DNA of 64,000 nt. Origin: Nitrospirota bacterium. Lineage in GTDB: Bacteria; Nitrospirota; Thermodesulfovibrionia; Thermodesulfovibrionales; JdFR-88. The notes under the pieces are model-generated. The model made no database searches. It was not told the DNA's origin and saw only the letters and a list, made by a program, of their open reading frames with translations. A program made the position numbers and the translations under genes. Of the stretch, positions 26,394-33,986 are shown in pieces. Where the stretch lies: assembly GCA_021789935.1 (NCBI GenBank), contig JAJYIR010000010.1:3065-67064 (forward strand). The letters run 5' to 3'. Each line of letters begins with the position of its first letter. The first letter of the stretch is position 1.

Positions 26394-26669
26394 GCTGTTC
26401 GCCAAAAAAAAAGATGTGTTGCGGGTTTTTTTTAAAAACCATTGCTGATGCAAAGGATTGAACTTTGACGTTAAAGGGGACTGCACTTTGGAGCTAAAAC
26501 TTCAATTCGGAGTCTTTGAGTCCATGCGCCGGAGAAACAACAAAAGTCCAACGATTTCCACTTTATCAAAAAATGAAAAAGTGGTCAAGATACATAACCG
26601 GGTGTTTTAAATCCCGGTGGCATTGGCTTCTTCCTTGTCTTTTTAGCCATTTTCTCATAAACTAATCAG

Positions 26670-27329
26670 ATGTTTGCCGTGGTCCTGGCCGGGGGGGAAA
26701 ACAGAAGGCTTCCCGTCACAAAAGGCCTTATCGATATAGGGGGCAGGAGGCTCATAGAGACCATCCTTGACCGCCTCGGCACCCATTTTGACGGGCTGGC
26801 CATAAGCACGAACGAGCCTGAAAAATATTTTTATCTGGGCGTCCCTCTGATAGGAGATGTTTATCCGGTGAGGGGCCCCATGACGGGCATCTTTTCCGCC
26901 CTGTCGTGGCTGAAGAATGTGGAGGGGGGGGCGAAGGACGCTTTTTTTGTTGCCTGCGACATGCCTTTCATAAACGTTGAACTTGCAGCCAGGCTGTATG
27001 TCGAGAGGGCCCCTGGATGGGATGTGCTGGCCCCCGTGTGGCAGGGGCGGCCGGAGCCACTTTTCTCATTTTACTCTACGGGGTGCCTGCCGCTGATGGA
27101 AAACAGCCTTCTGGCGGGCCAAAGCGGTCCGACTAAATTATCGCTCAGGCAATTTTTGGGGACGGCTTCCACCCGTTTCCTTGAGGAAAAAGTTGTGAAA
27201 GAGATTGACCCCTTGGGGCGCTCTTTTATTAACATAAACACGGAGGATGATCTGAAAAGAGCACTGAAGATTGTTTTTTCTGTTTCTCCCGGTGAAAAGC
27301 CTGCCAGGGTGCAGCCGGAGGGCTTCTAA
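26670..27329 (+). CDS. mobA: MobA-like molybdenum cofactor guanylyltransferase
   Basis: 219 aa. VVLAGGENRRL N-terminal NTP-transferase motif, GPMTGIFSAL, and the FFVACDMPFI block. Confidence 0.7.
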   Translation: MFAVVLAGGENRRLPVTKGLIDIGGRRLIETILDRLGTHFDGLAISTNEPEKYFYLGVPLIGDVYPVRGPMTGIFSALSWLKNVEGGAKDAFFVACDMPFINVELAARLYVERAPGWDVLAPVWQGRPEPLFSFYSTGCLPLMENSLLAGQSGPTKLSLRQFLGTASTRFLEEKVVKEIDPLGRSFININTEDDLKRALKIVFSVSPGEKPARVQPEGF

Positions 27330-27331
27330 AA

Positions 27332-27532
27332 ATCGGCGATCTCCTGATTATTCTTTTGATCATTCTGCCGGTCGCCGGGACATCGAGGCTCAAAAAGGTG
27401 GTGGGCGGACTTGCGGAGGCTTCGAGAAACTTCAGGCGCGAGGCCTCGGGGCATGTCGAGATCAATATTACCCCGGGCAGAGGGCCGGGCGGGGAAAAGA
27501 ATGCCAGGCGGCGGGAAAATAGCGGACGGTAA
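27332..27532 (+). CDS. TatA/E-like small membrane protein lacking a canonical start codon
   Basis: The frame is open from 27296 with no ATG/GTG/TTG. (K)IGDLLIILLIILPVAGTSRLKKVVGGLAEASRNFRRE resembles the TatA TM plus amphipathic helix. SD ggaggg at 27317-27322; ATC at 27332 is the most plausible initiator. Speculative. Confidence 0.3.
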   Translation: MGDLLIILLIILPVAGTSRLKKVVGGLAEASRNFRREASGHVEINITPGRGPGGEKNARRRENSGR

Positions 27533-27561
27533 GAAAAACAAATGAAGGGAAAAAATATCTC

Positions 27562-28665
27562 ATGTTGAGAGGGCAGGAGGCCAGGATAGATCTGGGCGCA
27601 CTGGCCGGCAATCTGAAAAAGATAAAATCCCTCCCCGGAAGGGTACGAGGCCAGGGTAAAGGCGTGGGCGTAATTGCCGTAGTGAAGGCGGACGCCTACG
27701 GGCACGGGGCGGTACGGATATCAAAAAGGCTCTGGAAAGAAGGCGTTTTGTCTCTTGCGGTGGCTTATGGTTCTGAGGCCCGGACATTGAGGGAAGAGGG
27801 CGTAAAAGCCCCCATACTTGTACTTTTTGACGAGGACCCGGGGCCTGCTTTCGACCTGGAGCTCACCCCGGTGCTCCATTCGCTGAAATCGGCCAGGCGC
27901 CTTTCCCGGGAGGCGCAAAAGCGGGGAAGGGAGATCGGCGTACACGTCAAAGTGGATACGGGCATGGGAAGAATGGGGCTTTTCGGCGACGATGCGGCAA
28001 ATGAGGTCGCGCTGATAGCGTCTCTGCCGGGCGTAAGGGTGGAGGGCCTGATGAGCCATTTTTCAGAAATCGGGCCGGGCAACCTGGGCTTCGCGCGGCT
28101 CCAACTGGAAAAATTCAACTCATTGAGAAATGAGCTTGCCGGCAAAGGGATCCGTCCTTTTGCGCATATCTCAAGCAGCGCAGGCGCACTACTTTTGCCG
28201 GAGGCCCATCTGGATGCGGTGCGGGTGGGGCTTGTTTTATACGGGTCTTCCCCGTTTGAAGCGGACAAGACCGGCCTTAAGCCGGTCATGAACATAAAAA
28301 CCAGGATCATCCTGCTTAAAAAGCTGCATAAAGGGCAGCCGGTAAGCTATGACAGGACCTTCATTACCGCGCGGGAGTCCCTTATAGCTGTCGTGCCGGT
28401 CGGGTACGCAGATGGATATTTAAGGGCTTTCTCCAACAAGGGATATGCCATGGTCGGGGGAAAGCATGCGCCTGTTGCCGGAAGGGTCTGCATGGACCTT
28501 ACAATGCTCGACGTGACCGGCATTAAAGGGGTGTCCGAGGGCGATGAGGCCGTGCTCCTTGGAGATGGGATTACGGGCGGGGAACTCGCCGGCCTGGCAG
28601 GGACCAACCCCTATGAAATAATGACCTCTCTCGGAGGCCGCGCAAGGAGGTACTTTTCTGTATAG
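27562..28665 (+). CDS. alr: Alanine racemase
   Basis: 367 aa. The VVKADAYGHG PLP-lysine motif and overall Alr colinearity. Confidence 0.9.
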   Translation: MLRGQEARIDLGALAGNLKKIKSLPGRVRGQGKGVGVIAVVKADAYGHGAVRISKRLWKEGVLSLAVAYGSEARTLREEGVKAPILVLFDEDPGPAFDLELTPVLHSLKSARRLSREAQKRGREIGVHVKVDTGMGRMGLFGDDAANEVALIASLPGVRVEGLMSHFSEIGPGNLGFARLQLEKFNSLRNELAGKGIRPFAHISSSAGALLLPEAHLDAVRVGLVLYGSSPFEADKTGLKPVMNIKTRIILLKKLHKGQPVSYDRTFITARESLIAVVPVGYADGYLRAFSNKGYAMVGGKHAPVAGRVCMDLTMLDVTGIKGVSEGDEAVLLGDGITGGELAGLAGTNPYEIMTSLGGRARRYFSV

Positions 28666-29431
28666 GCTGCTTGAGTTTCTGGGGTCTGCCTGCATCGGGT
28701 TCACCAGGGCGCTGGGGAGCGTGCTCATTCTCTTTGCGTCGACCCTGAAGGAGATGATTTTCCCTCCGTTTGAGATAAAAAACACCTTCAAGCAGATGCA
28801 GGAAGTCGGCGTAAAGAGCGTGCCCGTTGTCATTATTACTGCGGTGTTCACGGGGATGGTCCTGGCCTTTCAGACATTCACGGGTTTTAAAAGGTTCGGG
28901 GCCGAGGCCCTTGTAGGCACGGTCGTGGCCCTCTCCATGACAAGGGAGATGGGGCCCGTACTCACGGGGCTTGTCGTTGCGGGAAGGGCCGGGGCGGCCA
29001 TGGCCGCAGAACTGGGTACGATGCGTGTGACCGAGCAGATAGACGCCCTTGAGACACTTTCAACAAGCCCGGTTAAATACCTCATAGTCCCCAGGTTCGT
29101 TTCTTCCATGATAATGCTGCCATGCCTGACGATAATTGCGGACATGCTGGGCATATTGGGCGGCTATGCAATCGCGGTCTGGCTTTACGGCATGAGCTCA
29201 GCCCTGTACTGGCGAAGGGCCTGGAATTACCTGGAGATGAACGACATCTATGGCGGGCTCGCCAAGGCCTGTTTTTTTGGCGCAGCCATCGCGATTGTAT
29301 GCTGTTACAAGGGTTTTTATACCGAAGGAGGGGCGGAAGGCGTCGGGAAGGCAACAACCGGGGCCGTCGTTATCTCCTTCATGACCATATTGATATCGGA
29401 CTATTTCCTCGGGGCATGGCTGCTGAAATGA
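28658..29431 (+). CDS. mlaE: MlaE-family ABC transporter permease (probable CTG start; track ORF begins at GTG 28721)
   Basis: MlaE-like sequence (LEFLGSACIGFTRALGS...) extends upstream of the first canonical start. An in-frame CTG at 28658 lies 7 nt after the strong SD aaggagg (28644-28650). The remaining 236 aa are typical MlaE. Confidence 0.8.
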   Translation: MYRLLEFLGSACIGFTRALGSVLILFASTLKEMIFPPFEIKNTFKQMQEVGVKSVPVVIITAVFTGMVLAFQTFTGFKRFGAEALVGTVVALSMTREMGPVLTGLVVAGRAGAAMAAELGTMRVTEQIDALETLSTSPVKYLIVPRFVSSMIMLPCLTIIADMLGILGGYAIAVWLYGMSSALYWRRAWNYLEMNDIYGGLAKACFFGAAIAIVCCYKGFYTEGGAEGVGKATTGAVVISFMTILISDYFLGAWLLK

Positions 29432-29441
29432 AGGGAATGCA

Positions 29442-30206
29442 ATGATAGAGGTTTCAGGGTTGCACAAGTCCTTTGGCTCCCACCAAGTGTTGCGCGGGGT
29501 GGACCTTCAAGTGGGGGACGGCCAGAGTATGGTGGTCATCGGAGGCAGCGGTTCTGGAAAAAGCGTGCTTATTAAGCATATAATAGGTCTTCTTAAGCCG
29601 GACAAAGGCTCCGTATCCATTGACGGAGAGGACATAACGGGGCTTGACTCAAGGCACTTGTACGAGGTCAGGAAGAAATTCGGCATGCTTTTTCAGGGTG
29701 CGGCTTTGTTTGATTCCATGACGGTCTGGGAAAATGTGAGTTTTGCGCTCACGAGAAGCGGCATGAAACCTAAGGAGGCCAAGGAAGTGGCCGTGGAAAA
29801 ACTTCGTCTGGTAGGACTCTCCGGCGTTGAGGACCTTATGCCCTCAGAGCTTTCCGGCGGCATGCGCAAGCGTGTTGGCCTGGCCAGGGCCATAGCCCAC
29901 CAGCCGCGGATACTGCTTTATGACGAGCCGACCACGGGCATTGACCCGATTATGGCCGATGCCATTAACGACCTCATCATAAAGATGCGCGAGGAACTCC
30001 ATGTGACCAGCGTAGCGATAACTCACGACATGCAGAGCGCTTACAAGATAGCCGACCGCATAGCCTTTCTCTACGAGGGAAACATCATTGAGACGGGCAC
30101 CCCGGAGGAGATAAAGAGCACAGCTAACCCTTACACAAAACAGTTCATTACCGGGAGTGCGCAGGGACCTATCAAGATAGAGGGGGTTGAGTTAAAAGGG
30201 GCCTGA
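29442..30206 (+). CDS. mlaF: MlaF-family ABC transporter ATP-binding protein
   Basis: 254 aa. Walker A GGSGSGKS, signature LSGGMRKR, Walker B LLYDEPT. Confidence 0.85.
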   Translation: MIEVSGLHKSFGSHQVLRGVDLQVGDGQSMVVIGGSGSGKSVLIKHIIGLLKPDKGSVSIDGEDITGLDSRHLYEVRKKFGMLFQGAALFDSMTVWENVSFALTRSGMKPKEAKEVAVEKLRLVGLSGVEDLMPSELSGGMRKRVGLARAIAHQPRILLYDEPTTGIDPIMADAINDLIIKMREELHVTSVAITHDMQSAYKIADRIAFLYEGNIIETGTPEEIKSTANPYTKQFITGSAQGPIKIEGVELKGA

Positions 30207-31678
30207 TGAAAGCGACCACTGAAGTCAAAGTCGGCATATTCGCTCTTATCGTCATCGGGATTCTCTCTCTAATGACCTTCTGGGTGGGAGGGCTTGCATG
30301 GCTCAAAAAGCCGGGCTACAAAGTGTATGTGTATTTTAATAACGTAAGCGGGCTGGATAAGAAAAGCAAGATAAGAGTGGCCGGAGTAGAGTCCGGATAT
30401 ATAGAAGACATCTCTCTTGTGGACGGCAGGGCAAAGCTGACCCTGAGGGTGAACAAGGGTGTTACGCTTTATTCAAACGCGGAGGCCGGAATAAGCTCAA
30501 TGGGCTTGCTCGGCGAAAAATATCTGGAGTTGAAGCCGGGTTCGAAACCGCCTGTACTGGGGCCTGGAGGTAACATAACCAGTGTTATCCAGAGCGTGGA
30601 CATGGACCAGCTCTTCCGAAAGCTCTCCTCTCTTTCTGACAGCCTCGGAAAGATTACCGGCAAGATAAACGAAGTGCTGTCGCAGAAGCAGATAAATGCT
30701 CTCAAATCGGCCATAGACAATGTGAAACTGATCACTGAAAATGTGAATAGCGCGGTCGTGCAGGACAATGCCAAGGTGAGGACCACCCTGGACAACGTCA
30801 ATTCGCTCATAAGCAATTTAAACGGGACGGTCAAAAAGAACGACAGAAACATAACAGAGCTTCTTGCCAACCTGAAGGACCTTTCACGGACGCTGGACGA
30901 GGAAGCCCCTGGCGTGCTGGCCAACATAAGGGACACAAGCGGAGAGATCAAGAAACTTGTAGCGCAAAACCGGCCCGGCATAGAGTCCATCGTAAACAGC
31001 ACGAACCAGATAACCGCCAACCTGCGTGAGGGCAAAGGCACACTTGGCAAACTCCTGACGGACAAAACACTGTACAACAACTTAAACAGCAGCGTAAAGA
31101 ACCTGAATAAGACCTTCGGCGCCATAAACCGCTTCAAGGTTTACCTGGACTTCCAGGGAAATTACCTTACAAGGCAATCAAACGGGGAAGGCACGTTCCT
31201 GCTTACCCTGCAGCCCAATCCGGATAAATACTATATTCTGGGCGTGGTTTCCAATCCGATCTCAAGGATAGACGATATACAGGTCTATGACCCGCAGACC
31301 AACCAGCTCGTGACAACTTCGGAAAACGTCCACTCGACCGTAGAATTCATAGGGCAGTTCGCTCGAAGATTCAAGAATACCGCGCTTCGCATCGGTGTCA
31401 CAGACAACACCTTCGGCGCCGGCGCGGACCAGTTCTTCATGAACGACAGGCTGAAACTCTCTTTGGACGCATGGGATTTTAGCGCCAAGGAGGCTTTTGC
31501 CAGGCATGCCCATTTGAGGGCAGGCGCCCAATATTTCCTTTTCAAAAATATTTATCTTAATGCGGGTTGGGACAATCCGCTTAATGCCCATTGGAGCGGC
31601 CCGTACATTGGCGGCGGCCTCAGGTTCGAGGACGAGGATCTTAAGTATCTCTTCGGGGCGGCATCGATCAAACCCTGA
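30206..31678 (+). CDS. MCE/MlaD-domain protein with a long helical region and a beta-rich C-terminal domain
   Basis: 490 aa. N-terminal TM, MCE domain (aa ~40-125), ~170-aa Asn/Leu-rich helical stretch, ~190-aa C-terminal domain. Start overlaps the mlaF stop. Confidence 0.75.
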   Translation: MKATTEVKVGIFALIVIGILSLMTFWVGGLAWLKKPGYKVYVYFNNVSGLDKKSKIRVAGVESGYIEDISLVDGRAKLTLRVNKGVTLYSNAEAGISSMGLLGEKYLELKPGSKPPVLGPGGNITSVIQSVDMDQLFRKLSSLSDSLGKITGKINEVLSQKQINALKSAIDNVKLITENVNSAVVQDNAKVRTTLDNVNSLISNLNGTVKKNDRNITELLANLKDLSRTLDEEAPGVLANIRDTSGEIKKLVAQNRPGIESIVNSTNQITANLREGKGTLGKLLTDKTLYNNLNSSVKNLNKTFGAINRFKVYLDFQGNYLTRQSNGEGTFLLTLQPNPDKYYILGVVSNPISRIDDIQVYDPQTNQLVTTSENVHSTVEFIGQFARRFKNTALRIGVTDNTFGAGADQFFMNDRLKLSLDAWDFSAKEAFARHAHLRAGAQYFLFKNIYLNAGWDNPLNAHWSGPYIGGGLRFEDEDLKYLFGAASIKP

Positions 31679-31699
31679 CGGTCTTTTTGTTTTTTTCTT

Positions 31700-31816
31700 G
31701 GCCCTTCAGGGTCCAGTGCGGGTCAAAATAGTTTTCCCTGAGGAAGATGGCAGGGGCAAAAAGGGTTGAGAGGGCGGGGAAGGCTGTTATCTCCTCTGCC
31801 TTGAGGGGAGAGGCAG
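31700..31816 (+). repeat. Dispersed ~117-nt intergenic repeat, copy A
   Basis: About 90% identical by my hand alignment (8 mismatches plus a 4-nt indel) to 51256-51376, same orientation. Contains the hairpin CCTCTSCC-TTGAG-GGGAGAGG. Confidence 0.65.
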
Positions 31817-31985
31817 GGACTCCGGTTTCGGCTGGAAAGACATTCTGCAGAATATTCGCGTTTTAACCGTGTAGGGAAAAGCCAAAAAAAATATATTTCC
31901 GGCATTCAATTTTGAAACGATGCGCTGGAGAAATATGAGAACTGGCTAGACTCTGGTCCCTGCCAGAAAAAAACTCTTCTGTGCC

Positions 31986-32191
31986 CTAGTGTCCTGTCCC
32001 GTAAATAGCTTTACATAACAGCTTTCAAGTAAGGTTTAGAAACATAAGCATCTCTAAGGTCGTCATGCCCGAGTGTCTTAATCGGGCATCCATTTTGACG
32101 TTTTTGTAAATTGGATTCCCGCCTGCGCGGGAATGACGGCCCAAAACATTCCTGAGCCAAATGTAAAGAACTGTTAGGGACACTACACTAG
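31986..32191 (+). repeat. MITE-like 206-bp element with imperfect 31-nt terminal inverted repeats and two internal REP-like hairpins
   Basis: 31986-32016 (ctagtgtcctgtcccgtaaatagctttacat) matches the reverse complement of 32161-32191 (ctagtgtagtgtccctaacagttctttacat) at 23/31 positions. Internal 8-bp-stem hairpins at 32065-32089 (atgcccga...tcgggcat) and 32115-32134 (attcccgc-ctgc-gcgggaat). Confidence 0.35.
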
Positions 32192-32441
32192 TTGCTCAAA
32201 CATCTCCCCAGCGCTTTGGGATTCCCCCTCCCGTACTTTCAATGCAATTAATGTGCCCCGCTCCTGAACTTTAAAAATCCAATAAAAAACGGGTGTTATT
32301 TTTTACCGTGTTCCGAATGGCGCTTCAGCTGTGAAAAATGCCGCAATGGTGTGGGCTAAATCACTCCGGATTTGCGGGGGTGGTTCCGGAGGAAAGCGCT
32401 CCGGCCTGGTCCGCGGCAATATTTTCCGGAGTGGTAATTCT

Positions 32442-33800
32442 TTAATAAAGTTTGGGCAGGTATCCCGTACGGTCGTCAAAGTCCAGCACATGGCACTTGT
32501 TGCAAAGCTGCCTTTGATATGGGCCGAATGTTTTTTTAATGTCCCTGCCGTAGTATGGAGCGTTTACCACGTATGCGCCATAAGGGCTATACTCCGTATT
32601 AGGGTCGTACGTGGGGCCAGGGACCGAGTTTGCAAGGAACGTCGTCCTGGTGTCCCACCTGGTGGACCACTCGAAGGCAGAGGCGTGTGCCCTGTGGCAA
32701 GTAAGGCATGAGGGGAAACCGGGGATGGACGCTGTGGGGCCGTTAGTATTTTCTCCATTGAGCTGCGATGGCTTGGATATAATTCTTTCAAAAGGCACCA
32801 GCGACAGCCATGCGCCGGTTGCGTTTGAGGTCTTATTCAAGAGATTCCCGGTCGCTATGTAGGAGTTATATAACAGGGGGACCCCCTCAGCCGATGTTCC
32901 TGCGACGGGGTGATGGGTGAATTGGTTCCATGGGTGGCAATTTTCGCACCACAGGGACATGTCATTGTAAGGTTGATACATATGGGTGCCGTAATCCACA
33001 TGATGCCTGTTGTCGGCCGTTTCGGCAAAATTATAAGCCGGTGAACTGTCCGCCGCCGCCATCGGCGCACCGTAAGAGAAAGTGTAAGGGGCCAGGCTGT
33101 TGCCTTTGTAATGGGTGTCCCCAAGGAGCCTGTAGTTGCCGCAAATAGTGCCTGAATGAACATTCGAACAGCCATAGGAGCCCGACATGCTCACCGGCTT
33201 CTGTCCGCGGCCGGTCCCTCCGTTTACCTGTCCGTGGGGGTCATGACAGCTCGTGCACATGAGGGCGGCAGACGGATAGGTGCCACCCGGTGCGTTTGTG
33301 AAATTGGTGTCGGCAGCCATGTCAAAGTCCTTGGCGACCACGTTATGACCGTGGTCCTGACCATTTATCAAATATGAGACCCCGTTTTCCAGCGCCGTAT
33401 ACGTAACGGTAAGGCTCATCCAATAGAAGTCCCCTCCGGGATTGATATTGACGTTCCCGTCAACGCTGAGAACCCGGTAGGGCATTCCTTTTTGCGCGTG
33501 GCAATTAAGGCATGTGGAGCTGTCGTCTGATCCCCTTAGCAAAAACGGGCTTACCGCGTTGCTGACGCTGCCGTTTGGATTTACAGGCTTGCCGTACCAG
33601 TTTTTCACGCCATTTATGGAGGTCTGGTCCGGGGAGAATTTGGGTGTGGTACCCGAGGATATAGAATTGTGCATCGTGTGGCATCCCTCGCAAAAGCCTG
33701 CGCCGCCGTTGTGAAAGGCATGGACGCTGCCCGGTCGCGCAACTATCACGACAACCGCCGCGAGGACCGCAAAAACCGCATTGAGCAGATGTTTTTTCAT
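32442..33800 (-). CDS. OmcS-family hexaheme c-type cytochrome (secreted)
   Basis: 452 aa, signal peptide, six CXXCH motifs (CEGCH, CLNCH, CTSCH, CENCH, CLTCH, CNKCH). Colinear by eye with Geobacter sulfurreducens OmcS: FHNGGAGFCEGCHTMHNS, NPGGDFYW, APGGTYPSAALMCTSCHDPHG, LSLVPFE, CLTCHRAHASAFE, YYGR...FGPYQRQLCNKCH. Confidence 0.85.
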   Translation of the reverse strand: MKKHLLNAVFAVLAAVVVIVARPGSVHAFHNGGAGFCEGCHTMHNSISSGTTPKFSPDQTSINGVKNWYGKPVNPNGSVSNAVSPFLLRGSDDSSTCLNCHAQKGMPYRVLSVDGNVNINPGGDFYWMSLTVTYTALENGVSYLINGQDHGHNVVAKDFDMAADTNFTNAPGGTYPSAALMCTSCHDPHGQVNGGTGRGQKPVSMSGSYGCSNVHSGTICGNYRLLGDTHYKGNSLAPYTFSYGAPMAAADSSPAYNFAETADNRHHVDYGTHMYQPYNDMSLWCENCHPWNQFTHHPVAGTSAEGVPLLYNSYIATGNLLNKTSNATGAWLSLVPFERIISKPSQLNGENTNGPTASIPGFPSCLTCHRAHASAFEWSTRWDTRTTFLANSVPGPTYDPNTEYSPYGAYVVNAPYYGRDIKKTFGPYQRQLCNKCHVLDFDDRTGYLPKLY

Positions 33801-33986
33801 AAGGATTCCTTCCGGTTCTGACGTTTTAAATTAAATTAAATTGAAATTAACCATTCAGAGTCCCAAAGCGGGATGATTAAACTGTCTCATCGTATCCGCT
33901 TTAAAATCCGTTCCCGGCAAAGGATTTTATTTTTATTTGACATATCCGCCTTTTTTATCCTGGGATTCGCCCGATGTATTTTCCAT

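Noticed and set aside
33826-33850. (TAAAT)n-like microsatellite, also seen at 61366-61384
   Set aside because: Very short AT-rich tracts at gene ends. Two occurrences are insufficient to claim a repeat family or function.
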